A DNA stretch of 64,000 bases from Klebsormidium nitens (taxonomy: Eukaryota > Plantae > Klebsormidiophyceae). Shown piece by piece: positions 48,351-60,173 of this stretch. The stretch is taken from NCBI GenBank assembly GCA_000708835.1, contig DF237244.1, positions 45,412 to 109,411 on the forward strand. The letters run 5' to 3'. The notes beneath the pieces are model-generated. The model was not told the DNA's origin, searched no databases, and was given only the letters and a program-made list of their open reading frames with translations. The position numbers were made by a program, and so were the translations under genes. Position 1 is the stretch's first letter. Each line of letters begins with the position of its first letter.

Positions 48351-51300
48351 TCAAGACCCAGCCTCGGCGGCGGCCTTCGCCTCCGCAGCCTTCGCCTCCG
48401 CAGCTTTCTTCTCCTTTCTGTCTGTGATGTCCTTTCGATACTCGTCGCTCGCCGCTTCCCACCGCGCCGCCTCCTTCTCCGGACTCCGATAGTCCAGTGC
48501 CACCCACTGTTTCAGCAGCTTCGCGTACGTCTCCCCAAACTCTTCTTCCGCGTCGTCCTTCCCCCAATCAACGTGCTTCTTGACGTAGCACATGAACTCG
48601 TCCGCGCAGTACTCCGCGAGCATTCGGTCCCCCATCCTAGTCGCCAGCTCGCGCATGCGCGCCTTGCCGACGGCCGCGGCCCAAGCGGCGGACTTTTTGT
48701 GCGCGAGCGCCAGCCCCGCTTCGTCCATCTCTTCACCGAAGCGACCGGTCAGGTGGCCGTCCGCCATCTTGATGAACACGGCTTTGCCGGCCTGCGGTCG
48801 GGTTGCTTTCACAGTGTCAGTCGAAGAAGGCAAATCCTACCAGGTTGGAAGAACGAAAACAAAAAGTGACAAGTCATGGTGGGGATAGATCATGGTGGGG
48901 ATAGATCGGTAGTAATCTGATAAAGGTGATCGGACTCTGGACTGATTGCAACGATGGATTACAGGAGAGCGATCTGTGCAAGAGCGATGACTACAAATGA
49001 GCAAGGGGTCAGACTTGACGTCGGTCTCATCAGTTTTCATGAACCGGGACAAAACAGGGATGTTGACAATCCTCATGCGTGCAACTGGATGGAAGGAAGG
49101 AGTACAAGCCCGTTCACATCCTGAACTGGAGCCCAAAACTCTCAGACCCTTTACCCACCCATCTAGTCCCAAAAACAATTCTCTGAGTTATAAAATTTCA
49201 AACTCACCCTCTCGAGCTCCTCGAACGGTTGGCTCGCCCAGTCCTCCCGCCCTAACGACAGGATGAAGTTCGATGCGTCCCCTGCGTATACGACCCCCTC
49301 CTGACTCTCCTCAGCTAAGGCGCCCAGCGTCTTGCACGCGACAATGCGCGCTTTTAGCGGCGCGTCTAGTTTTGCCAGCTTGAGCAGCTCGGACAGCGGC
49401 TGCGCGTAGGCGTCGCCCGTGCAGTCGCGTGCTTTCCTGTCAGCGGATCGCCGGAAGGGAGCGGAACAGTGTCAGAACGGAGGGGGGACTCACGGCGGAC
49501 TCGCTAGAAACCCCTTCCACCACAACCCCTTCGATCAACGGTCCTGGTCAGTGGACTTGATGAGCCCAGACCGTCAATCCTAGAGATTATATATTAGAGC
49601 TAGGCGGCTCGTTCTGTCAATTTTCGGATGGAGGACGCCGCTAATTCGGTTTAAATAGAACCATGTAACGGTGGACCTGCCCAAAGATTCGAAGCCAGCA
49701 CACTTTTGAAATGGTTGCGAGGAGGCAACAAGCTCGAAAGGTGGCAACCAGCTTGAGCAGAATGAGTTCTCGATCTAGAGGCCGTATTTTGATTCAGAAC
49801 GACGCATGGGATCATGCTTCTGCAAGCGATCGGCACGGGCAAGTACCTCTAGCTGTTTTGCTGCGGGGCACCGGCCAAAGGTGCCACCTTTGGCAGAGCC
49901 CTCCACAAAGCTCTTGCAACTAAAGGAAAAACTAGCAGATCTGGAATCTTCCTCTCCCTCTGGTCAGAGTGTGCTCGTTTCTGGCCTTCTCATTTTGCAG
50001 ATTCATGCCATCAAGAAAGAATCCGCCGCTACTTCAAAGCGTTACCGTGGCCGTGAACCAGGCGGCCATGTTTCGTTTCCAGGGCGCTGCTCTTCAACAA
50101 TGACAACAAGCTCTACATAAGATAAAGAACAAGCTCCGTAAGATAAAGAACAAGCTCCGCAAAAACAACGAGATGACAAACGAGGCCAACCAAGCTTCCA
50201 TCAAATGACAATCAGAAGCGAGATTCACAAACGCAAAGCATCGCGGAAACATCCCCACCTGTTTGCATGGTGGTCAAATAATAGCTGCAGCGCCTTTGCT
50301 TGCAGTTCCGCGGACGACGCGGCGGTTGCCGCCTGCTTCAGAAGATTTGCGTACAAGAAGCAGAACTGATAAGCGCTGAGGTCGTCCTCCGCCCAAGACT
50401 CGCGCTCGTAGTCGTAGTCGTTGCGGCTCTGGCCGACCGTCTCGAGGGCGTATAGCTTGGCACGCGGCGAAATGAGCTCCTGCGTGAGAAATGGAGTTGT
50501 AGTGGGCGGTGAGAAAGGGCGAGCTTGGCGTTCTCTTTCGGTCTGCTTGATCGTCTACTGAAGCACGTTGTCGGAAGTTCTTTTACAAGCTGCTTGGTAG
50601 AAGACAACCGTTGAATTGCTGCGGGTAGGTTTGCTCTGAGGAAGATGACTCGCGACAAGCTTTTGGTCTGGGTCGAGAAGAAAGGAGACCGTGGATGCTT
50701 GGGCAGGGGGGACAAAAGTTCCTGGAGGAAAGGGAGATTGTCGACCTGCCAATGAGGTCGACCATAACCGCCTCAAGCCGAGTTGAGAAGTCTCTGCGTG
50801 AAAAGGGCATCCTCACTCATGCTCGACGAGCTAGGAAGCCAGATTAGGCGGACCTTTTACAAGGGTGAATTCAAACGCCAAAAGAACCGTTTTGGGAGAC
50901 AAGATCTCTTCAGTGAACCGAGTCTAATTGCTGGAAACACGTGCTCTGTTCGAAAGCGAAGGCCGGCAAGGAACATACGCTTGTCTGAGGGTGTGCACAC
51001 AATCATGATGACATGTTTGAAGCAGCATAGCAGCTACTCGGAGCAGCAACCAGCGGACCCAATCCTACAAAACTCAAAACCCCACACCTTTGTCTGCCAA
51101 GGCCTGTTATACGAGACTGTCACTCAGTGCTACGCACAGGAATCTCCACTCATCTGATGGGCTGTTTGCCCCAGACAGACCACCAAGACAAAGCAAGACC
51201 GCTTTCAAAAGACACAGATGAACGAGAGGTGTTGGCACCGCACCTGACTCAGCAGCCATCGCTCAAACCCCGGCGCCTCGAGCAACGTTTCCAACTTCAT

Positions 51301-51450
51301 TAGGTAGCTCAGCTGGTGTAATTGCAGCCCGATGTCGCCCTCGTTCCCGCCCTCCTTCGCATTCCAGCAAATAACGGAGCCTTCGCAATGTGGGGACAAG
51401 CCTCCGCAGAGTGTCGGGGTTCGGGGCTCTACTAGCCATTGCGGTGATCA
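48351..51450 (-). CDS. Uncharacterised alpha-helical protein (possibly ARM/HEAT-like); 5' end unresolved, may extend to ~52450
   Basis: Exons ~51450-51244, 50479-50259, 49436-49208, 48791-48351 join in phase with canonical splice sites. Peptides include QLHQLSYLMKLETLLE, AYQFCFLYANLLKQ, LKARIVACKTLGALAEE; the C-terminus has AAEAK repeats. Confidence 0.65.
48875..48906. repeat. 16-bp exact tandem duplication (intronic)
   Basis: catggtggggatagat x2. Confidence 0.9.
50118..50159. repeat. 21-bp exact tandem duplication (intronic)
   Basis: taagataaagaacaagctccg x2. Confidence 0.9.
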
Positions 51451-54370
51451 ATCTCAGGCAGTCCCGCATGCGCCAGGTGGCGACGTCTGATACGCGCTTG
51501 CTGCACTCGGCCTTGTGAGTCCCGTTTCTGGCACTCAACGCTGTGGCAAGGAGGTAGGATAGAGGTTTTATGATATGTATCTTTTCACGAAATATGTGAG
51601 CTTTCATTTGATGAGGAGAGTATGGGCATTTATCTGAATGATAAATTGTGTATGTCATCATTGAGCCTCTCAAAAACCCTTGTTTGCCAAGCTAGAAACC
51701 TTTGACTTCTGCATTTGACACCCTGAAAAGACATTGGTTGGTTACGGATACTGGAGGCCACTGGGTGAACCTTCTCAGTGAAGCACTTTAATAACCTGTT
51801 TGTATGTTTCATTCTGCTTGTCGTCACAGCCTGTGGCCGGCTTTGTTCAAAGGAGTAGTCTGCCTCCATCATGGTCGCCAGAGAAGCTCAGTCTGATAGT
51901 CTATTCCCACTAGCGTCAGGAAGACCCTTTAGAAAACACTTGCTACCCTTGCAAAGGGCGTGTAAGCATCAGCCTAATCCTGCAAAAGATAACAGGTAGT
52001 TGCAGTGGCTATGTGAAGGTCTGAAATGACTCATCACAATTGATGACCAGGCTGAACGTATCCTGATAGCAGGTTGACCTTCATTAGTCTTAAAGTACAC
52101 TTCCGGATCTCCAGAGAGACCAGAAGCGATGTGCAGTACAATTAGTATCATCTTTGTAGCTTCCTTCTCTGCTTCTGAAAAGGGACTGATCAGCAATCAA
52201 TAGCGCAAGCGCACCAACGGTCTGATAATAAACGCCCTTTCTTCATTTGTTCCAGGCTTACATCTGGCATTTTGCGACATACCAACATTTCAATCTTCAG
52301 CAACCAGCCTGAGCAGACATCAAAGTGGACCACCTTGGTACATAACTCACCTGCAATACAGGATGCATTTACACTTCCCGCACCGTTGCAGTTGGTGTGA
52401 GCCTTCGGGGGAAATAGAGTGGCAGCCATCACAAAGGTGAAGTCCATTTGAAGACATGCTGTCTCTGCCCAGCAGCCTGCACTCCTTACGCAAGTATGAG
52501 ATCTGATTGAACCAGGCAAGATAAAACTGAAATGGCCGCCCCTTTTCCAGTCACGCGCGAAGGCAACACAGCAACAATGATCCTCAAGGAAGGTATCTCT
52601 GTGGAATGCTGTGAGATGGCAATGCGGCCGAACTTCCTGTGAATTTTACAATGGCGGGAGTTTGCCGGAGCTAGCTTTACCGAACAGCCTCAGGGGTGAA
52701 CACGGCCCTAAGTGAACACAAATGTCGCCAGTTTTCATTGAAGCAGCAATGGCATTGAGGCGGCCGCGAACGGCCGGGCCGAGGGATCATCCGATCCGAC
52801 CCTAGGCGCGCGGCCGCCAGAAGTAACGCGCGCAACGCGCGCACAACGCCGGGTGCGGCCTAACATAAGCCCTTGCAGGAGTAGCGCAGCGCCTGCAGTG
52901 CCCTTTGGCGCCGACGCCCGCCACTGCTGATCCGCATGGGTTGCACTGAGTCTCCGTCCACCGGAGCCAATGCTTCATATACCGGTGTCAGCTCGTGGGG
53001 AGGATCGCCAAGGTATGGCTCAGTGCGACATTTGGCACTTTCCGGCGTGTGCCACTTAGCTGCTGAGAGCGCGGGAGAACGCCGTACTAAAGCGCAGACT
53101 TATCTGGAATCGTTTCAAGGACGTACGCTTGATTAGACATTGGATCTGCTCGAAGCTAATAGATAGAGTCGACGCTCGGCCAGCTTAATACAAAATTACT
53201 GGCGCGCTGATCCGAAGGTGCATTGCACCTGACAGCTCGCTGATATGTGCTAGTCAGACAAACCCTGGTTGTAGATTCACAATGGTGGGCGCGGTCGCCG
53301 AGCATCCGGTCGCCTTCTCCTGTGTCGTCAGACAAAAGAAAGGATGCAATTCAGAATCAGCGTTTAGCAACCTCGAGTATACGTACGAAATGGCTTACAT
53401 TACGGAGACGTTTATTCCACCTGAATAGCTGCTCTGTAATTCTGCGGTCTCTGAGTTGAAATCCCGTTACCCAAGATATTTCGCTCCTCAATGACGAGAC
53501 TTGCAGAGAGAATCTCGAAGTCGCCTTTTCGCAAATCGACGCTGATCGAATAAAACCAGGTTTAGAGAGGTCGAGACTACGATCCAATCAACGACCGTGA
53601 ATCGGGGGCCTTTCTCTGGACTGACTAAGATCTGCCAAACATGATTTGGTACTCGTTTTTAAAAGCACTTTCTTTCAGACGTTTTGGTGAATGCACATCA
53701 AGGTCAATCTGCCGAAGTGCGAAGGATTTGCCTTCTGCAGGCCCAATACGTTAACATTCATTTCAACGCACGCGGGGGTTTTGGTTGGATTAGACTGAAG
53801 ACCAGCCGCCCTAGTTGAAACCCCGTGCAACATGCGCTTTGCCAGGGGCACTCAAGCATCATTTGCGCGCAAGACTCATCGCAAAGTAGGCATCCAGACC
53901 AGCCGTTTAGGTCGAAGGTCGTTTCATGGCACATTTTGAACGAGTCAACGCCTTTGTGATTAGTCTGCACTGCCATTCCAGACAGGATGTGCTCCACGAT
54001 TGAGCGTGGGTGCCATCACGCAAACGGAGGTTAACTGTCTTATCCTTTTCTGGCAAAATGGCAAAACTTCTACCTTACAGGTACTGGGGGAAAGCATTTG
54101 TCCGATGTGTGTCCTAAAGCCTGTCCAAACCTTCTTGAGATCTAGACAGGCCTTGGAAACTATTGGACAGGTTCTAGACAGAGTCTGGACATGGACTCCT
54201 AGGCTGAGAGTCACGGCCAGACTGCTAGGTCGTGTCTATCCTCCCGCTCGTTCCATCCTGATCAAAGATTGCGCTCCCTTTCGTACTTCGAGAACTTGTT
54301 GAAATCTCTCGAAAGGTTTCTTATAACAAAGCTGACTCAGGCGTCCCATGCACCGTCCGCCCTTTTGCCT

Positions 54371-57300
54371 TTAGCTCTGCCATTGGCCATACCACTGAGG
54401 CGGATCCAGGCTCGACCCGAGCTCCCCCTGAAAGCCGATCTGCTCCAGCCGCTTCTTCGCTCCCATCGCGGTCCACAAGAAACGGCAAATGTTAGACGAC
54501 AGATTGCACACCACATACTCCGACACCTCCACCATAGCGTACAGCGTCGCCACCAGCTTATCCTGCAGGTCGCGCTTCTTATCGCCCGGCACGTGCGAGT
54601 GCTCGTCCACCGCTTCGAGCAGCGCGACGCTCTTCTCCCAGTCGTACATGACACTGACGTCGGGCTGCAGGCCCACGGACCCGGGGTCCGCTGCGATGGT
54701 GTCAATGACGGTCGCCGAGTCGCTCGCGACGAAGACGGCCGCGAAGTCGAAGCCGCGGGCGCGCTCGCGCGCGCGGATGCGCTTGCCGTAGTCGCTGGCG
54801 GGGCGGTACGCTTTGTGGGCGACCCAGTAAGGATCTGCACCAGAACGTAAGCGAGGGATGGGTTCGCATAAGACAACCAGAAAAGCGATACGGCTCTGCT
54901 GGTAGCTTGCAGAGCTTGCTTTACCTACCCTTCCTCTTCCGAACCGGAGATGTAGCAATTCAAGAATAGTCTATCAGAAACGATGCATAAATGGATGCCC
55001 GTTCCAAGAGCGCTAGAATCCTTAGTGAGCGATCGGTGCCCCTTGCTTTTGTAGCGTAAGTTGGAAAATCAGTGACGTCTTTCCTTTTGGAAGACCCTGC
55101 AAAGACGTCTAATTGGAGCTTATTCCCACCTTCCGCCATCTTGTCCCCACGCCTGATGTGAAGGCCCACCACGGGCGGCCGCCACCGCTCGTACTTGCTC
55201 ATCATTTTGTCGGTCAAGTCCTTAACCCGCGGGACCGGGTTGAAGAGCCAACTAGACGCGAGCGAAAAGAGCATGAACTGCCGCTGCTCGCTGCTCGCGC
55301 GCTCCACGCTGACGTCACGGTCCTCCATGTGGACCATACCTCGAGAGGCCAGGAGGTCCCATAGGCCTGCAGGCAGATCCATACGAGATGGCAGCACGGC
55401 GGAAAGAACACTTAGGACTCTTCTTATCAAGGATGAAGTTAAAAGAAACCGGGAATGGTAACGTGGCAGTATTGGCATCGAAGGGTCGAGGTTGATTGCT
55501 TGCACAGCCATGTTATACTTCAAATATGCAGCGACTAGAGCTGCGATTGAAGTAGGAATTTCTCGAGCACGATTTGAAGGAGCTATTGAGAAGCAGATTG
55601 TTTGCATAGATGCAACCCGTTCTTGCCGCTTATCTCTTTTGGTCTTCCTCAACCGCTGACACAGCCGATTTTTCAAAGCTTCGTATTCTCACCGGCCGGG
55701 AAAGTGTACCGCCAGTCGTACTCCCATCCCTTGAACGCTCGCGCGCGCAGCACCTCCTCCCGACTGAGCGCCTCCCGGGCGCTCGCGTTCTTAAACGGCC
55801 ACTGATACGACGGCACGAACTCGCTCGCGCGCAGGAGCTCCGCTTTCCGGTGTGAACTCCCCGCCGTGCAGTTTGTGATCTCGAAGAAGCAGCCCAGGTG
55901 AAGGTTTTCACACCCCGCAAAGGCCGCCGACTCCCACTCGTTCCCCGGGACAGGGGACCGGGCGACGGGGATGACCGTGCGCCCAGTCTGGAGGCCGATG
56001 ATGAGCGCGCGCAGGAACGCGTGGTAGTTCCACATCAGGCCTGAGGAACAGAAGCGCAGTTTGAGAAACAACATCACTTTCGAAATTGTATCCAAAGCAA
56101 TGAATACTCGACTGTTTACAGATGATATTCTCCTCGACTTTGCAACCGCTGAATCAACTTTCGCTCAACGAGAGTTCCTGCAATGTCTCGATGGAATTCG
56201 TATGAGTTGGGAGGGCTTCGCTGACTCGGGACTTCGGAACGGACGGAATCGATGACTCCAATCAATTAATAGGCAAAAAATCCATTTCCTCGATCCGTAC
56301 ACCACAAAGAAGAAACCTGGATCACACGGTATGACAAACCTTGATAACTTGATACACCGAATCGAACAGATGTTGCTGGCCCGATCACAACGGAACAGCG
56401 GAACGCCGGCCCGAGCTCACCCGCAAGGTCCATCTCAACGACGAGCCACTTCGCGTCCGCACAACTGTCCGGGAACTGCTGCGCCTGGAGGAGTCCGTGA
56501 ACCAGCTCGGACGCGGCGGACGTCCAGCGGAGGGCGGTCGGGGGGATCCCCTGGAGAGCAAAGATCACGGGTTTGGTTTAAAACGTCCCACTTCTGTAGG
56601 TGATACAAGGTGCCGTAACACATCGGCGATTGCTTCTGAAGCGGATTTGGTATTTTCAAGTTACTTGGCATTTCGGTGGTCGTAATTTGGCCGTTGCTTA
56701 GATTAACCTTATTACGTTTTATCGAAGAGGAGAACGAGAGCGGGTTTCAAGGGTTGAGTGCAGGGATCGTCCAGGACGAGAATAAGATTTGCATCGTTCG
56801 AAAGAGTGGAAGTCTCGACAGTTCCAACTGAAATTCAGCAGGGTGCGGATTCTGCAAAAACGTTCTTCGTACAACCTACGACTTCAGGCCGCACCGTTCC
56901 GTTTCTGCGGGCGTCTGCATCCCACGTCCTAAGAACCTTCTGACATTTGATCTTAGGGCCATCCTGATGAGATGTGAAAGAACTTTGTCCTCAAAAAAGG
57001 CTGGCTAGCGTTGCTTTACCGGTGTCACGTTTCCCGGCGGGTGCCAACTCTTCCGCCAGGTCGCGGACCTCCTCTCGTGCTTCGCAGCCTCTGTGACGTG
57101 GCCGAACGTCGCGGGCGCGGGCGCACCGCGGAGTGCGGCTGCTGCGCGCGGCGCCCCTTTACGGTGCCCGCAGTCTGGCACGTCCAGGTCAACATGCGGT
57201 CTTGACAGCCTGTGAAAACGAGAACTCATGAAACTTATCAGATGTTCGACTTTTGAATAGCTTAAAGTAACTTCTTGCACATCTTTGAAATGCCCATTGC

Positions 57301-57914
57301 CTCAGGAAGAGTTCACTGAAGTCCCCAGTGTTGCTTCTCCATCTTCTCTGGCCTTTCAATCATGTCCGAAGGAGGACCGTTAACTTTCCAAAGTCGAGGC
57401 TCGATCAGCAGTTGCTAAATCAACGGCCGCTTGTTTTTCCTTTCCTGAAAAGGCCTGCAAAGTCAAGCGGTCTGCACTGACTTTCAAAAGCATCAAGGCT
57501 ATTGATCGAAAGTTTCTAGCTAGAGTCAGACTCGTTGGTCAATACGTATTCGGAAAAAACTTCATTAAGGAGGCGTAAAGCAGAGTCTTGTTCCAACTCG
57601 ATGACCTCCGGTAATCACAGCGTTCCAATGTTTCTTTCTTCTTCTCTTTTGCTGACTGCTTCGTCGGTCAGCTTCATTTTAAGCGTCATCTCTCACCTTC
57701 CCAAGCTCGCGATCTCAACCAAAACGTCCTCCTCAACGCGCGCGCGCGCGGCCTGCCCCGCGCCCCGAAACATCCCCAAGCTCAAGACCGCCACGCAAGA
57801 TAGGAGCAGGAGAAAGAGCTGGGCCAGGCCGATCCGGGCATGGCCCTTTCCTCCCACGACTCTAGTTGTCCTTCCCACCAGGGCGTAAGCGGCGGCATCC
57901 TTTGGGAAGGCCAT
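54371..57914 (-). CDS. Type II membrane fucosyltransferase-like protein (GT23/FUT8-NodZ-like), 6 exons
   Basis: Exons 57914-57697, 57209-57020, 56550-56421, 56040-55693, 55366-55130, 54834-54371 join in phase. N-terminal TM (LAQLFLLLLSCVAVLSLG), QQFPDSCADAKWLV, motif I VGLHIRRGDK, motif II VFVASD, motif III YVVCNLSSNICR. An upstream in-frame ATG exists at 58166. Confidence 0.85.
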
Positions 57915-59842
57915 GAGGGCGTCTTTAACAAAGAAGGCTGGGTATGAATTCCTGACTTTGACGGGTCGCAAGAGTGGCGGACGAAAGGTTACCAGCAGCC
58001 TTTCTGAGCTTGCCAAAGAAGTTTCCTTATAGGGAGGGGTAGACTGCGCTAGGGACTCTGATGCACACCCTGTTCCGTTGGCTGCGAAAGCGCCCCTCTG
58101 AGTTAGTGTACTGCAGGAAGAGGAGGGCACTTGAAGGATGACTGTGTCGTGGAGAGTGTTCTTCATTATGCCGAGTGTTCAGACACTTTGAGATTGCAGC
58201 CGCGTACTGATTCAGACGTCGAAGGAGGTCTCACATTTGCGTCGAGCGCTTAGCAACGAAACGAGCTTGGAAGCGAGAAGAAGACCGAAGAGTCAGAATT
58301 GAAGGATGCAATCGCAGATCCCGTTTCTCCGCGCGAGGCTTTCAGAGGGAGCAGTACAGTTCTGGCTTCCGACCATTCGAGGGGCCTGTTGCTTTCTGCC
58401 GGTTTACAAGAACTCATAAAACCTCGCGACAGTTACTTCGGCCCCTCAAGGGTCTCGATCGCGGACCTCGGCTTGTCTTGGCGTTGAACCTTTCTTTGAA
58501 GAGTCTCGTCGAGCTTTTCAGACTGGCAGCAGAAGCAGCTGACAAGTGCTCAATGTTCCAGCAAATCTCGTAAACCCTCGTTTCCACTCGCGGTCCCCCA
58601 AAGCAAGGTAAAGTCATGACGAGAGTTACGAAAACGAGAGGGACTCACAGATATGAGCAAGCGGATTCGTTGCAGGCTCGTTTCGCGCAAGGCTGAGCAG
58701 AACGATTCTCGAAGCTTTGACGGGCCTAGTCTTTGCAGCTCCGGGGCGAGTAACCTGCAGATTTCGACTCGGGACTCAAGTCCACGTGTCAGCTTGGGCT
58801 GTGGAGCAAAGAGATGGCCTCGGAAGGCAATCTAAAATTGGAGGAGGAACCGGCAATTCTGGCAGAACCACACGGATACACCCCAACTGAGTCTGACGCG
58901 TCATTACCTCGTGATCGAAACGAGGTGGAATTTCAAAAGCCGCCTCAGGCCCAACTAAGGACACACCTCGGATCAGCTGAGCACAGGTTAACCAAGTGAA
59001 ACGCAAAAAAGCTCCTCGATGACAGCCAGAATGTACACCTTCATCTCGTACTCTTTAGTGTCTCCGAAATTGCAGAAGAACGCTCGAGGTTTCGATGACG
59101 TACAGTATGCAATAAAAGAAAACCTGGACTCTTTTTCGGACGACGAGGCGACCATGTAGATTCATACCTGTGTCCTGGTCTCACCTGAACATTGCTGCAT
59201 GCACTTGACCTTTATTTAGGATTGTATTTTTGGATTCTAGAAAAGAAGGGAAGAAAGATCGAGGAAGGGAAGGCCGAGCAATTCTGCGACGTACATGTAC
59301 GCAATCTTACGCATGTGTGCCAGCAGGAAGCTACACACTTCTTAACAGCAATACATCATCAATTGCAGACGTCGTGGTGACCGGTTCTGTAAAGCGACCT
59401 AGCGACGATCGACTGCCATCTGCGCAGATGCATGCATGTCTTGCGACTTCGTCAGTACGGAAAGCAATTTGAATTGGTCAAGGTGAACAACTTGAGCTGT
59501 AAAAGATCCTCAGTTTGACCGAAGGGACCGATCTCAGCAGCTGCTTTACTCGAGAGCAGGCTTTCACCGTGGCCTCATTGCAAAAGACGTTTTCGACTTC
59601 TTGCCTGCGCACTCATCTTCGGATCATGTTATCCTTCTTTGTAATTAGTTACCTCAGCTAGAGTTGATCGTAGCTTTCTCTGCTATTAGAAAGAATGAAA
59701 ACGATCCTGATGACAATGCTGGTCCTGTAGATTCGCTGACAAAGCGGCTTGAAATAACCAGAAAGAAGGCAACTCTATATATATGATGCTAATTTCGTGG
59801 CAGATTGAGAGCTGAGATTCGGCAGCATTGCAGAGCTATGTC

Positions 59843-59862
59843 CTAGTAGTAGTAGTAGTAGG
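59843..59862. repeat. (TAG)n microsatellite
   Basis: tagtagtagtagtagtag. Confidence 0.85.
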
Positions 59863-60173
59863 TAGATGTCCAACGTTGGAAGCACCGCACCACATGCAAG
59901 CCAATGCTGTCACATCAGGAAGCGTTGGCATGACAAGACGTCTCGGTCCTGCCCCAGCAGTCCGAGTCAGCTTTATGAACCTAGGCTCTAGGGCGCTAGC
60001 TAACCACACCCAGATCTCTTTGGTTCTGACTTCTTACCGGTCTCGCCTGCTGGCTAGGAAGCTAAAAGCTAAAAGCGTTGCCAGACCAGAAATGCTGCTC
60101 ATATAAGTCCCGTCTGATCTGAGGCTCTGTTAGACCTACAGCCCAATTTGGGTCCACCCTTGATTTCCTTGCC

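Noticed and set aside
54000-54302. Possible tyrosine-recombinase fragment (SICPMCVLK)
   Set aside because: Only a CP-type resemblance; no R-H-R-H-Y residues, and it lies in the 3' flank of the fucosyltransferase.
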